Origin: Draconibacterium sp.
GTDB lineage: Bacteria > Bacteroidota > Bacteroidia > Bacteroidales > Prolixibacteraceae
Direction of reading: 5' to 3'
Length of the DNA: 64,000 nucleotides
NCBI GenBank assembly: GCA_047975435.1
Contig: JBKEDN010000292.1
Span: forward strand, 18,513 to 82,512
Within the stretch, counting starts at the first letter, position 1, and every line of letters starts with the position of its first letter. The notes beneath the pieces were generated by a model. That model made no database searches, was not told the origin of the DNA, and saw only the letters and a program-made list of their open reading frames with translations. Of the stretch, positions 1 to 10,670 are shown one piece after another. Both the position numbers and the translations under genes were made by a program.

Positions 1-3000
1 CTACCCCGTCGGCGGCTTCGAGCACCTGAAACTCTTCGCTTAAATATCCGGCGATAAGCTCGCGCAGGTCGTTGTTGTCTTCCACCAGCAAAATACGTTG
101 TTTTTCGTCGGGCAGCAGGTTTTCTATGTCTTCCTCAAGCGGATCATCCTGCGCATCGATAGCATCAGCAGGCAGTTCCGCTTTCCCGGCCACGGGTGGT
201 GCCCCAAAACATTCAGGGGGGAAAATAGCTTTCGAAGTTGGCAGCGCCACCACTACGTCGGTTCCCATGCCCGGCTCGCTAAAAACGGTAATTTGCCCCT
301 TGTGCAGCAAAACCAGGCTTTTCACAAGCGCCAAACCAATTCCGGTGCCCAGTTGCGGACCGGAATTTCCGGAATCGTTGGTATAAAAACGTTCGAAAAC
401 GCGGGGCAGCGCTTCATCCGAAATGCCGGTACCATTATCCGAAATTACAAGCTGAACGGCGTCTGTAAGCGGATTCCGGGTATTGATCACACAAGAATTC
501 GAATACTGCGAAACAAACATTTCGCCGGCAGTATAAATTTTCACCGAAATCCGGCCTTTGTTTTGGGTCGATTTAAAGGCATTGTTCAGCAGATTCATCA
601 TCACCTTTTCAACGATCTTTTTATCGATCCACACCTCATCCGAAAGTTGCGGATCAGGAAAAATTTCATAGACAATGTTCCGCTGCCGCGCATAATCGGC
701 AAAACCCGATGCCACTTCTTCTACCAGCAGGTTCAGGTTGGCGGGCTGTAATTCCAGTTTCATTTTGCCGTTTTCCACGGTTCTGAAATCCATCAGTTCG
801 TTCACCAGGTTGAGCAGACGTTGTGCATTGCCATTCAAAATGCGATAATAATATTCCTTTAACCCTTCGCGGCGTAACTTTTGCAAAGCGGCGATAATCA
901 GCGAAAGCGGGGTTTTAAAATCGTGCGAGATGTTGGTAAAAAACTGCAGCTGCGACTCGTAAATGGCCTTGTTCTTTTGTTTCTCCACATTTTCGAGGTA
1001 CAGCTGAAGCTGAAGTTTTTTTCGTTCGGAATAATACCTCAGTATCAGCCCGGCAAGCAAAGCCGCCAAAACGGTATAGAGTAAATAAGCCGGCCAACTC
1101 AGCCAGGGCGCGGGTTTCCGAATTACCTTAATCCGTTTTGGAACTTCGTTCCAGATGCCGTCGTTGTTGGCAGCCAGCACTTCAAAATAATAAACACCGG
1201 GCGGCACCTTCGAATACATGGCCGTGCGGTTTGAAGCGTCGATCTCGATCCAACGGTCATCGTAGGCTTTCAGGCGGTATTTAAACCTGGTTTTTTGCGG
1301 AATAAGGTAATTATCCGACGAAAAACGAAATCCAAAATTTGTTTGGTTGTACTTCAGGGTAACTTCCGCAACGTTTTCCTGATTATCGCTCATTAAATCG
1401 AAAGCGGCAGTGGTTTGCCCGATCAGAAATTCGGATATGATAACACGGGGCGCCTTCGTATTAAAGGTAAGCGATTTTGGATCGACAATCGTAAAACCCT
1501 TTGTTCCACCAAAATACAGATTCCCATCGGTATTTTTCATGACTGCCAGCGGATAATATACATCGCCCTGCGTACCATCGTGCTTGTCGTATCTGAAATA
1601 AGTTTTATCGCCGATGTTGTACCTGATCAGGCCGTTATCGGTGCCCAGCCACAAACTCCCTTCGCTGTCGTAACAAATATTAAAAACCGAGAAAATACCG
1701 TATTTCTCCATGTCGTTGAAACGTGTAAAAGTGCCCGAATACGGATTGTATTTTACAATACCGTTACTTAAAGTACCGAGCCACAAGTTCCCCGAGTCGT
1801 CGAGACAAAAGGTACGAAAATTCATAAAAGTAGAATCGGGCGGTACAATTTCGGCTACTTCCTTTGTTTTAACGTTCATCCGAAAAATGCGGTTGCTGCT
1901 GATCATCCACAGCAGATTTTCGCCTTCGCGGATGGCATCGAAAATGTAATGCTCGGTATCTTCGCCGCCAAGTTCGAAATGGCTGAAGCTTTCATCGCTA
2001 AACGACAAATAGGATATTTCCTGCCTGCGGCGCTGATAAATAATCCACAGTCCAGAGTCGCTTTCCAGCACAAGTTTGCGAATGTCGTCTGAAATTAGTT
2101 CGTCGGGGTTTTCAGCCAGAAAATGTTTGAATTCTGCCTTGCCGGGCGTGTATTTATTGAGGCCGCCCGAATAGGTACCGATCCACAAATTCTGGTTTTT
2201 ATCGAGCACCATCGATTTTACATTGTTGTGCGACAAGCTGTTTGCCTGCTCCGTATGCGACAGGTAGGCGAATTCGCCACTCGCTTTGTCCATGCGGTTA
2301 ATTCCGGCTCCCTCGGTGGCAATCCACAAAAACTGTTCGCCTGAAGCAAAACCACTTACCGGAATATAGTTCAGTTTTCCGGGCTGCGGAATGTATGATT
2401 TTATGGGATTTTTTTCGTCGAGGTGAACGTAGCTAACCGCACCGGCGTAAGTTCCGATCCAGATGTTTTGCTGCGCATCTTCGCTGATGGTCCAGATTGA
2501 ATTGTTGGGAATGCTGAACTTATCGGTTCGCGAATGTTTAAAATGCTGGTATTGTTCAGTTTCGGCATTCATTACAAATAAGCCATTCATGGTGCCCAGC
2601 CACAACATGTCGTTTTTGTCAATATGAAACGACCGCACATTATCTTCACTTAAAACAGCAGCAAAATCGATGTGCTTATCGAGTGTAAACGAAGCCAGAT
2701 CGATGCAATACAAACCGTAATCCCTCACCAATACCCACAATTTTCCCTTATGTGCTTTTGCATCCAGTACCAGACCATCTGGCTCGGGCAGGGTTGTGCA
2801 CAGGGTAAAATCATTTTTGGTGTAGTTGTAACGGTAAATGCGGCCAAAGTTGCTAAAGAGGTACAAATCCTTGTTGTACGTGCAAAAAACGGGGCTGATA
2901 TACGAAAGGTTTTTCCCATGAAACGTCGCCGTTTTAAAGGTATTTGCTTTGCGATCATACAAATGCCACCTTTTGTTCTTTCTTATCCAGATGTTATTCC

Positions 3001-3391
3001 GGCTATCAATTTTTACACGTTCAACCCGCCCCTTTTCCAGGAGCATGAAATCATCCAGTTTTCGGTTATAAAGGTGAAGGCCATTATTTGTGGCTACATA
3101 AAGCTGCCCGTCGTGATCAACATCGGTATTCAGAAATTCCCATTCTTTGGTTTGATCGGTAGTTGCAAATTTGCTGAAGTAACGTTTATAAGCATAGCCA
3201 TCGAAACGGTACAGTTCGTTCTCCATCAAAATCCAGATAAAACCATCCTTGTCTTGCTGAATGGATTTTACGCCGTCGTAATAAAAACCACCTTCGGGCG
3301 ATACGGTACGAAAGCGATAGTCGATGCCGGCCCTGACTTGCAGAACCTGCACGAAAAACAAAAAAATAAAAATCAGGAATTTATACTTCAT
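1..3391 (-). CDS. Hybrid two-component system sensor/regulator (HTCS-like: repeat-rich periplasmic sensor + HisKA + HATPase + receiver); 3' end runs off the window
   Basis: Absent from the ORF track because it has no stop inside the window. My minus-strand translation starts at ATG 3391 with MKYKFLIFIFLFFVQVLQV (signal/TM), followed by a long repeat-rich sensor. Then come the H-box QLQFFTNISHDFKTPLSL (about nt 900-950), the ATPase boxes VISDNGTGISDEALPR and GTGIGLALVKSLV (about nt 330-470), and the receiver RILLVEDNNDLRELIAGYLSEEFQVLEAADG (nt 1-110). It lies beside SusC/SusD. Confidence 0.85.
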   Translation of the reverse strand, partial: MKYKFLIFIFLFFVQVLQVRAGIDYRFRTVSPEGGFYYDGVKSIQQDKDGFIWILMENELYRFDGYAYKRYFSKFATTDQTKEWEFLNTDVDHDGQLYVATNNGLHLYNRKLDDFMLLEKGRVERVKIDSRNNIWIRKNKRWHLYDRKANTFKTATFHGKNLSYISPVFCTYNKDLYLFSNFGRIYRYNYTKNDFTLCTTLPEPDGLVLDAKAHKGKLWVLVRDYGLYCIDLASFTLDKHIDFAAVLSEDNVRSFHIDKNDMLWLGTMNGLFVMNAETEQYQHFKHSRTDKFSIPNNSIWTISEDAQQNIWIGTYAGAVSYVHLDEKNPIKSYIPQPGKLNYIPVSGFASGEQFLWIATEGAGINRMDKASGEFAYLSHTEQANSLSHNNVKSMVLDKNQNLWIGTYSGGLNKYTPGKAEFKHFLAENPDELISDDIRKLVLESDSGLWIIYQRRRQEISYLSFSDESFSHFELGGEDTEHYIFDAIREGENLLWMISSNRIFRMNVKTKEVAEIVPPDSTFMNFRTFCLDDSGNLWLGTLSNGIVKYNPYSGTFTRFNDMEKYGIFSVFNICYDSEGSLWLGTDNGLIRYNIGDKTYFRYDKHDGTQGDVYYPLAVMKNTDGNLYFGGTKGFTIVDPKSLTFNTKAPRVIISEFLIGQTTAAFDLMSDNQENVAEVTLKYNQTNFGFRFSSDNYLIPQKTRFKYRLKAYDDRWIEIDASNRTAMYSKVPPGVYYFEVLAANNDGIWNEVPKRIKVIRKPAPWLSWPAYLLYTVLAALLAGLILRYYSERKKLQLQLYLENVEKQKNKAIYESQLQFFTNISHDFKTPLSLIIAALQKLRREGLKEYYYRILNGNAQRLLNLVNELMDFRTVENGKMKLELQPANLNLLVEEVASGFADYARQRNIVYEIFPDPQLSDEVWIDKKIVEKVMMNLLNNAFKSTQNKGRISVKIYTAGEMFVSQYSNSCVINTRNPLTDAVQLVISDNGTGISDEALPRVFERFYTNDSGNSGPQLGTGIGLALVKSLVLLHKGQITVFSEPGMGTDVVVALPTSKAIFPPECFGAPPVAGKAELPADAIDAQDDPLEEDIENLLPDEKQRILLVEDNNDLRELIAGYLSEEFQVLEAADGV

Positions 3392-3555
3392 CTGAAAACC
3401 GGAATGACTATTTCAAACTAATTCAACTTCCACAAAGTTGTTGATACAAGGAATTTCGATTACTGTTTCGTCCCAAAAACGGCTGGCAAAAATAGGGGTC
3501 TTTTATTTTTTTGCGCCTGCCAAAACTCATAAACAGGTGAAAATGAATGTCCAAA

Positions 3556-3590
3556 ATGCAAAAAGATTGCCCGGAAAACCCGGACAATCT
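3556..3590 (-). terminator. Rho-independent terminator candidate after the SGBP-like gene
   Basis: Imperfect hairpin agattgcccgg-aaaa-cccggacaatct, followed on the minus strand by a T-rich run (tttttgcatttt). Confidence 0.4.
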
Positions 3591-3611
3591 TTTAAAACAA
3601 ATAATTAATCG

Positions 3612-4814
3612 TTATTCAACTATGTATTTCCCCAAACCAAATTCGGCTATCTGCATGGTACTTCCGCTTCCGGTATTCCACGAGGTAAGTTCCACTTTCA
3701 CATAGCGGAAATTGTAACCCTCGGGACTTGCAGTCAGCGGATCGGGCAGTTCGAGTAATGGAATATGATAGACATTCTCGTCTTTCTTATGCGGTGCTGT
3801 TGCCCCGGTATTTGGTATCTCAACATTTTCTTTGATTACGGTCCATGTTGTTCCGTCGTTACTCCCCGAAATGGTGAAAGTGTAAGGACGCAGGAATGAA
3901 TAAATGTTGGTGCTGCGGTGCTGCCAAATCACATAATCGAAGTTTTGCGACGATTGCAAATCCACTGTAAAATAGCATTCGGTATAAGTTGTACCGTCGT
4001 ACGAACCGTAAGTTTTCCCGGGTTTTACCATCGCCAGGTAAGTTGCCTGATCCAGGTCGAGAAGATCTTCGGGTTTACCGGTGCTGCCATCGGTAACGTA
4101 ATTGTTTCCGTCGGAATATGAAACAGAAGTGCTCACGGTCCAGGCCGTACGTTCCAGATCAATTTCGCGTTTTACCAGGTTGAGAACGGTTACATTGCAA
4201 TCGCGCGAAATGTTGCTGCCATCGGTGGTTGAAACCGTTACAACAGCCTGTCCAACACTCACCGGAGAAACAGCTCCGTCTTCATTTACCGTAACCACGT
4301 TCTCATCCGACGACTGGTAAGCAAGCGACGGATCCCAGGTATCTTCGGGTAAAACCGTAATGTATTGTGCCAGTTCAAAGGGTGCTGCACCAATTTTCAG
4401 CTCAATATTACTGGCTTCGGCGGCAATTACAATTCCGGTTGCTTTTACCATGTGGTCGGTAATGTTTACACGGTACGAAGTATGAATATCCGATCCGTCA
4501 ACAGAACTAACCGTAATGGTATCGAAACCGATGGCTTTTGGTGTCAGCAAACCTTCGGGGCTAATGCTCAGCATCTCCGGATTGTTATTTGAATAAACAA
4601 CTCCTTTGTTGTCGGCATTTTGGGGCATAATAAAAGGGTTGAGTTGCAGAGTGGCGTTGTCTTTTAGCGAAATCTGCATGTTGTTGTCAACGTATTCGGC
4701 TTCTAGCAAAGTAACGGCGGCCACCTTTATATCATCCTCTTCGGTGCACGACGAGAAAAACAGTGCAAAAGCCAAAAGCAGAATGCTTAATTTTTGATAA
4801 TGTATTGTCTTCAT
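3612..4814 (-). CDS. Surface lipoprotein with Ig-like (Big_2-like) repeats and a C-terminal discoidin/F5-8 type C-like domain (SGBP-like)
   Basis: Lipoprotein signal MKTIHYQKLSILLLAFALFFSSC. There are two repeated Ig-like segments (ITVSSVDGSD / VVTVSTTDGSN). It sits immediately downstream of SusD. Domain names are by-eye assignments. Confidence 0.65.
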   Translation of the reverse strand: MKTIHYQKLSILLLAFALFFSSCTEEDDIKVAAVTLLEAEYVDNNMQISLKDNATLQLNPFIMPQNADNKGVVYSNNNPEMLSISPEGLLTPKAIGFDTITVSSVDGSDIHTSYRVNITDHMVKATGIVIAAEASNIELKIGAAPFELAQYITVLPEDTWDPSLAYQSSDENVVTVNEDGAVSPVSVGQAVVTVSTTDGSNISRDCNVTVLNLVKREIDLERTAWTVSTSVSYSDGNNYVTDGSTGKPEDLLDLDQATYLAMVKPGKTYGSYDGTTYTECYFTVDLQSSQNFDYVIWQHRSTNIYSFLRPYTFTISGSNDGTTWTVIKENVEIPNTGATAPHKKDENVYHIPLLELPDPLTASPEGYNFRYVKVELTSWNTGSGSTMQIAEFGLGKYIVE

Positions 4815-4914
4815 TCGATTTATATTTTTTATTTATCAGGCAGGCTCTGAAACACATCCCAACTTCCCGGGACGCATTTCAGGCCCTTCTTTAATCCTAA
4901 ATTATTTTGAACAT

Positions 4915-6882
4915 TTAGCGCTCAATATCTTCCCATCCGGGCGATTGTGTAAGGTTTTTGTTCAGGGTAAGCTGATCGAAAGGAATCGGCCAGTAGTAGC
5001 GTTTGTCGCTCCAGGGCAAGGTACCATTGCTTAATCGCGGATCGCGTGGATAAGCAATCAGGAATCCGTCAGCATCTACCCAAACTTCTTTACCAATGCT
5101 GGCTTTTTTGGCGCTCCAGGTAGCCGGATCGGTTACCGCTTCGTGTGTTCCGTCGTACATGGCTTGTTTTTCTTCCGTAAATTTCATTCCCCTGAGCGGA
5201 ACAGTGAATAATTTACCGGCTTTCCAGCGCATCAGGTCTTCATAACGCAAACCTTCGAGCACCAGTTCCACACGACGTTCTCTTCTGATTTCGCGGATAA
5301 GCGGCGAAACAGGGTAATCAAGTTTTTCGGCATAAATTTTATCCAGGCGCGGATCGTCGGGCAAATTCGAAATACTGAATTTTGAATTCGGGTAAGTAAC
5401 AAAATCAAAACCGGCACGCTCGCGCAGTTTATTGATGGTGCGGTCGGCATCTTCCTGGGTAAATGTTCCAAGTTCGGCTTTTGCTTCGGCCAGCATCAGC
5501 AGCACTTCGCCATAACGGAAGAGCACGGCAGTTTGCGTTCCGTTTGTAACGGCATTGTATTCTTCGAAATCGCAAACCCAGTGCTTGCAAAACATGTATC
5601 CGGTTACCGTAGAGCCGTTTGCACGGGCATAATTGTAGGCAATTGACGGGTACCTGATACCGTATTTCTCCACATTCATATCGCCGGCACCGGCAGGAGA
5701 AATGGTTTGAAATTCGCCGGGACGGGCAATGGTTTGCCGCAAACGCGGATCGCGGTTTTCGAGTTCGGTCCACAGGCCGTCGTAACCCAGAAAGTTCGGG
5801 TTCTTTTCGTAGCTTCCTTCGCTTCCGCCGGTGTAAATCGGGCGTCCGTCGATACACAGGTATTCGTCAACCAAGCCTCTTGTGGCGCCTTTACTGTAGC
5901 GGCCGCCGGCACCACCGTTGTTCTGATCGAAATAACGCTGCGTGGCATGGCCAATTTTGTCGCCATCGTAAACGCGTGCAAGAATGGCTTCGGTATTGCC
6001 ATCGCTCGCCGGGTTTTTCTGAAAGCTGAATATTTTCCAGTACGGATCGGTGCCTTCGCTGTACAGGCTGTAACGGCCACCGGCAATAATTTCTTCGCAG
6101 GCGGTAACACACTCCTTCAGAAATTTATCGGCACTTGATTCGAGTCCGATTTCGCTGTGGTATTTACGAAATGTACCTTCAAACAAACAAATACGGGCTT
6201 TCAGAAAATTCGCCATGTCGCGGTTGATACGGCCGTCGGGGTTGCCACCCTCTTTCATATTTTCGACGGCAAAATTAATGCTCCAAAGTACCGAGTCCAT
6301 TAATTCAGCTCGCGGCGTACGTGGCGCATAGAGTTCTTCCGAATCAACATTCAAATCGCTTACAAACCATGGAACTTCGCCAAACGCTACCACTTTTTTG
6401 TAGTAGTCCCAGGCTTTAAAAAAATAAGCTTCTGCCGCCCACTTGTTAAGTTCCGACGGATCGTTTACCGAACCTTCGGCCATTTTATAATTCCGCAAAA
6501 AATAATTCACCCTGCGCAGGCTCGACCAGCTCCAGCCTTCGCGTGTACCGCTTTGTGGCACAATATAGGTTTCGTTTAAGCGGCTACTTGCATTTCCGGT
6601 TTTCACCATGTTATCCGAAAACAAATCGGAATAAATAATGGGGCTTCCCTGTACATCGTAAAACGGGGCAACATGACTGTAGGCCCAGCCATTTTGATGT
6701 CCGACAATGTAATCGTTATAAACCTGGTTCAGAAACAAAGGCAAATCACCTTCATTTTTCAGGAAAGCACCTTCGGCCAGTTCCTGAATTGGATCTTGTT
6801 GCAGAAAATCGTCGTTGCACGCGCTGAACAGAATGCCCCCGGCCAGACAAAGTGCAACTATATAATATTTTAGCTTCTTCAT
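4915..6882 (-). CDS. susD: SusD/RagB family nutrient-binding outer membrane lipoprotein
   Basis: Lipoprotein signal MKKLKYYIVALCLAGGILFSAC. The 655-aa product is encoded directly downstream of the SusC-like gene, the canonical PUL pairing. Confidence 0.9.
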   Translation of the reverse strand: MKKLKYYIVALCLAGGILFSACNDDFLQQDPIQELAEGAFLKNEGDLPLFLNQVYNDYIVGHQNGWAYSHVAPFYDVQGSPIIYSDLFSDNMVKTGNASSRLNETYIVPQSGTREGWSWSSLRRVNYFLRNYKMAEGSVNDPSELNKWAAEAYFFKAWDYYKKVVAFGEVPWFVSDLNVDSEELYAPRTPRAELMDSVLWSINFAVENMKEGGNPDGRINRDMANFLKARICLFEGTFRKYHSEIGLESSADKFLKECVTACEEIIAGGRYSLYSEGTDPYWKIFSFQKNPASDGNTEAILARVYDGDKIGHATQRYFDQNNGGAGGRYSKGATRGLVDEYLCIDGRPIYTGGSEGSYEKNPNFLGYDGLWTELENRDPRLRQTIARPGEFQTISPAGAGDMNVEKYGIRYPSIAYNYARANGSTVTGYMFCKHWVCDFEEYNAVTNGTQTAVLFRYGEVLLMLAEAKAELGTFTQEDADRTINKLRERAGFDFVTYPNSKFSISNLPDDPRLDKIYAEKLDYPVSPLIREIRRERRVELVLEGLRYEDLMRWKAGKLFTVPLRGMKFTEEKQAMYDGTHEAVTDPATWSAKKASIGKEVWVDADGFLIAYPRDPRLSNGTLPWSDKRYYWPIPFDQLTLNKNLTQSPGWEDIER

Positions 6883-6947
6883 ATTTTGTTGTTATTAATA
6901 ATTAGAAAATTGAATCCCTTTGAATGTGCTATTCAATTTTAATGCTG

Positions 6948-9900
6948 TTAAAAGCCTACCTGCACACCAAAGGATACGGTTCTTTTGGCGGGGTAAGCAT
7001 CCGAAATCTGATCAGGATCGAATACGCCCGGGATGTCGGTCACTTCAAACAGGTTGTAAGCAGCAACATGGAAACGCAAGCGGTCGATTCCTGCTTTTTG
7101 GGTTAATTCATGTGGCAGGGTGTAGCCCAGCATCACTTGTTTTAGCCGCAGATAAGCGCCGTTCAGCAGGTAGCCCGTTTGAGTGCTAACACCTGAGGTG
7201 TACATCGGAAATTTGGCATCGGTACGTTCCGGTGTCCACGAGCGATCGTACATCCATTGCGAACCGGCACCGCCTCCCCAGTAGGCCGAGCTGCCGGTCC
7301 AGATGTCGCGTTTTGCAATGCCCTGAAAGAAAATGCTGAAATCGATTCCTTTGTAGCCCACATTACCGGTAGCGCTGTAGCGGTAGCGGGGAGTACTGTT
7401 TCCGATAATTCTGCGGTCGCCTGAATCGTCAACGGTATTGTTGCCGCTGCTGATTTTTCCGTCGCCGTTAATATCGCGGTACCACATGTAGCCCGGATAA
7501 AGGTTTCCGGAATGATACGGGCCATTAAAAGTGTAACCCGTTCCCGATTCGTTCTTCACCAGGTCTTCTTCCTGTAAAATCCCGCCGGTTTCGTAGCCCC
7601 AGATTGCACCGGTGTAAGCACCGTCGTATAAATAACTTATGTTTTTGCTTGGGTTGGCAGCGTAGTGTAGCACTTTGGTCCGCGAATCGTAAACGGATAG
7701 TTCAACACCATAACGCAGGCCGTTTTTCAACTGTTCGTTCCATTTAAGCACCAGCTCCCAGCCATATGCTTTAATCGAACCCGAGTTTTCAAGCGGTGCG
7801 CCGGCTCCGAGTACCGAAGGATAAGCCACATCGCCGTTGGTAAGAATATCGGTTGTTTTACGCTCGAAAATATCCAGGTTCATATTCAGTTTATTACTAA
7901 AGAAACCGGCATCGAGCCCGAAGTTGGTAGTAGCTGCTTTTTCCCAGGTTAAGGTTGGCGCAACCAGTCCGGGCACGTTAACCGTTGAAACATAAACGCC
8001 ATCGATGAGCATGCCTGCACTTCCCGAACTCATAACCGCCTGGTAAGGATAGTAACTTCCGGGCTGACTACCGAGTTTACCCCACGAAGCCCTTAATTTC
8101 AGGTTTGAAAGCCAGTTTTGTGTATTGGCCATAAAAGCTTCTTCGGTAATTCGCCATCCGAGCGAGAAAGAAGGAAAGAAAAAGTAACGTTCGTTGGGTG
8201 TAAAACGCGAACTTCCATCGTAGCGGCCGTTCATTTCCACCAGGTAGCGCTCTTTGTAGTTGTAACCTACCCGGCCAAATACTGCGCGCCCGGTACGTTT
8301 CTGAGCGCCGGTTTCGAGGGTATGAAGCGTGATGTCTTCCGCCGCACCCGGTTTTTGAATGTCGGGCGAAAAAAGTCCACGCAAATTACCGGTGAGCGAA
8401 CCGTAAGTAACACTTTCCTGGCTAAAACCTACAATGGCAGAAACATTGTGTGCGGCGCCAAAGGTTTTGTTAAAATCGGCGTAGGTATTTATCAGGTAAG
8501 CATCAACCGAACTTCTTGATAAACGCGCCCTGTTGTCCTGTGCTTCCGATTGTTCAGAAACAGGATTGCTCCAGCTAACGGTAATGTATTCGTGTTGCGG
8601 ACTGTGGCGGTTATACACCGTGGTTTGCGGCAAATACGATAAATCGGCTTTCAGTTTCAACGTTTTTGGAATCACAATAATTTCGGGCGAAATGGCCAGC
8701 GATGTTGACGTTGAAATCGTGCTGCTGCGTGCACCGTACGACAGCCACGCCAGAATATTATCGGTATAAGCACCGGGAACCGGATCGTTTGGCCCGGTTT
8801 GAATCGGCATATTTATGTTTTTACCGGTTTCGTTGCGCATGGCCGACCACAGGTTGCCTTTGCCGCCAACCAGGTAAGGCGCATCGTAAGTGGTTTTATT
8901 GTAGTTGAATTTGGCCTCAATATTAAACCACTTCTTGATTTTACCGTTAATGCGTGCGCTGGCGTTGTAACGTTTATACTCGTCGGTATTGATGTTGTAC
9001 ATTCCTTCCTGGTCCTGATAACCAAGCGATACGTAGTACGAAATCCTGTCGGTACCGTCGGTAAAACTCAGGTTGTGTTTTTGTGTGGGTGTCCAGTTTC
9101 TTACCACTGTTTTGTAGGGATTCATGTTTCCCACCCAAATAATCGAGTTCCCGTCCATGTAATAAGCATTTTCAGGAATTGGATTGTCGATGTACTTTTG
9201 CATGGCCTCCAGCTTTTTCTGGGTGGCATCGCCCACCGAACCGCCGGTCCACACGGTTTTGTCCATCCCGGCTTTTTGAATGGTATATGAATCAAGAATA
9301 TCGGGCAGTGCCGACGGTGTATCCCAGGAAATATCGTAGCTGTAGCTGATTTTTCCATCCTGGTTAAATTTCCCCGTTTTGGTTGTAATCAGAATTACAC
9401 CAAAGGTTGCTTTTGTTCCGTAAATGGCAGCTGCCGAAGCATCTTTAATCACACTCATGCTCTCAATGTCGTTGGGATTCATCTGGTTCAGCAGCGAGGC
9501 TGTCATTTCAATTCCATCCACAAGAATGAGCGGCGAGCCTGCTGTAACCACATACTTTCCGTTACTGTAGGTCATCGACGTTCCACCCCTGATATTGAAC
9601 GAAGGAGTAGTGTTTGGCGAACCGTTGCTGATGCTAACATTCAGGTTTGGGACAACGCCCTGCAGTGCCTGCCCGATATTGGCCACCGGCTTGTTCTCGA
9701 AAGTTTCGGCGGTAACGCTGCTTACGGCACCGGTTACGTTTACTTTCTTTTGGGTACCAAAACCAACCACCACAATTTCATCGATATTCTGCATATCTTC
9801 TAAAAGTGTAACCGTGATTGAGGTTTTGCCATCAAGTGCAATTGACTGTTTTTCGTAGCCAATCAACGAAATTTCGAGAATGGCATCGGGGCTTATCTCA

Positions 9901-10124
9901 TCGATCGTGAATTTTCCGTCGATGTTGGTAACCGTACCCTGCGTGGTACCTTTAATAATTACGTTTGCCCCCACTACCGGTTCATTGTTTTTATCCTTTA
10001 CCAAACCACTTACCTGCTGGGCTTGCGCAAAGAGTGTAAACGAAACCAATAGAAAAAACAGAATGGAAGAAGTCAGTTTTGGAGTAAGAAACTTCTCCAA
10101 AAAGATCTTGTTAGGTTGTTTCAT
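6948..10124 (-). CDS. susC: SusC-like TonB-dependent outer membrane transporter
   Basis: It has a signal peptide and a carboxypeptidase-regulatory-like N-domain (QVSGLVKDKNNEPVVGANVIIKGTTQGTVTNIDGKFTI). The plug region includes IDEIVVVGFGTQKK. The 1058-aa barrel ends ...SFGVQVGF with a terminal aromatic residue. Confidence 0.92.
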   Translation of the reverse strand: MKQPNKIFLEKFLTPKLTSSILFFLLVSFTLFAQAQQVSGLVKDKNNEPVVGANVIIKGTTQGTVTNIDGKFTIDEISPDAILEISLIGYEKQSIALDGKTSITVTLLEDMQNIDEIVVVGFGTQKKVNVTGAVSSVTAETFENKPVANIGQALQGVVPNLNVSISNGSPNTTPSFNIRGGTSMTYSNGKYVVTAGSPLILVDGIEMTASLLNQMNPNDIESMSVIKDASAAAIYGTKATFGVILITTKTGKFNQDGKISYSYDISWDTPSALPDILDSYTIQKAGMDKTVWTGGSVGDATQKKLEAMQKYIDNPIPENAYYMDGNSIIWVGNMNPYKTVVRNWTPTQKHNLSFTDGTDRISYYVSLGYQDQEGMYNINTDEYKRYNASARINGKIKKWFNIEAKFNYNKTTYDAPYLVGGKGNLWSAMRNETGKNINMPIQTGPNDPVPGAYTDNILAWLSYGARSSTISTSTSLAISPEIIVIPKTLKLKADLSYLPQTTVYNRHSPQHEYITVSWSNPVSEQSEAQDNRARLSRSSVDAYLINTYADFNKTFGAAHNVSAIVGFSQESVTYGSLTGNLRGLFSPDIQKPGAAEDITLHTLETGAQKRTGRAVFGRVGYNYKERYLVEMNGRYDGSSRFTPNERYFFFPSFSLGWRITEEAFMANTQNWLSNLKLRASWGKLGSQPGSYYPYQAVMSSGSAGMLIDGVYVSTVNVPGLVAPTLTWEKAATTNFGLDAGFFSNKLNMNLDIFERKTTDILTNGDVAYPSVLGAGAPLENSGSIKAYGWELVLKWNEQLKNGLRYGVELSVYDSRTKVLHYAANPSKNISYLYDGAYTGAIWGYETGGILQEEDLVKNESGTGYTFNGPYHSGNLYPGYMWYRDINGDGKISSGNNTVDDSGDRRIIGNSTPRYRYSATGNVGYKGIDFSIFFQGIAKRDIWTGSSAYWGGGAGSQWMYDRSWTPERTDAKFPMYTSGVSTQTGYLLNGAYLRLKQVMLGYTLPHELTQKAGIDRLRFHVAAYNLFEVTDIPGVFDPDQISDAYPAKRTVSFGVQVGF

Positions 10125-10579
10125 ATCAGAACTATTTTAATAAATAAATGTGTTTAACTGCTGCAATATTAGGTTTGAAGGCACAATTCGAATTACTCAA
10201 ATGATGCTATGTTTTACTCAACTTAAGCGGAATCGTGAAATCCGAATTTCTTAACAGCTCTGCGACAGAATACTACAAGCGGAGAAGATTATTGGGTTGA
10301 ATTGCCTGCCTGTTTAAGCGAAGGAATCAGCACCCGACATTTGCCGGAACAAGATGTTCGGATTTTTCGTGGTATCATTCAAAAGCAATTCTATTTTCGT
10401 TTAATAAGTATGTTGAAGGAATGGCCCGAAAACAAAAGAAAGTGTCAGGAAATTTGTTTTTTGAGAATTACAATCGCTATTGCCCACTAAACTTGCCCCA
10501 GATTTCTCACCCAAATCCTTGGGAAGGTAATACAATGAAGCGAAACCTGTCGGCCTGCGAGGCGGAGAATCCTCTTCAG

Positions 10580-10645
10580 AAAAAAGCGGCAAGCCATCCT
10601 GAAGAAAGGTCTATCGCCGTTTCTTCATTCAGGCTTGCCGCCGCT
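10580..10645 (-). terminator. Long-hairpin rho-independent terminator after the M60-like gene
   Basis: On the minus strand, gcggcaagcctgaatgaagaaa ... tttcttcaggatggcttgccgc is followed by tttttt. It separates the M60 gene from the susC transcript. Confidence 0.5.
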
Positions 10646-10670
10646 TACTTAAAAAACACCTAGTATTAAC

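Noticed and set aside
72-3421. Plus-strand ORFs from the track (72-386, 98-751, 1415-1771, 2123-2344, 2672-3421 and others).
   Set aside because: They are antisense shadows of the long minus-strand hybrid sensor kinase gene. That gene translates cleanly with H-box, ATPase and receiver motifs. The plus-strand products are low-complexity with no motifs.
5232-6138. Overlapping 79-144 aa ORFs on both strands inside the SusD gene. Similar ORFs sit inside susC, ftsH (17012-18449), psrA (33438-35471), the RND genes and the 1113-aa gene.
   Set aside because: All are nested in alternative frames of long, motif-supported genes. Their Arg/Cys/Pro-rich compositions are typical of out-of-frame translation.
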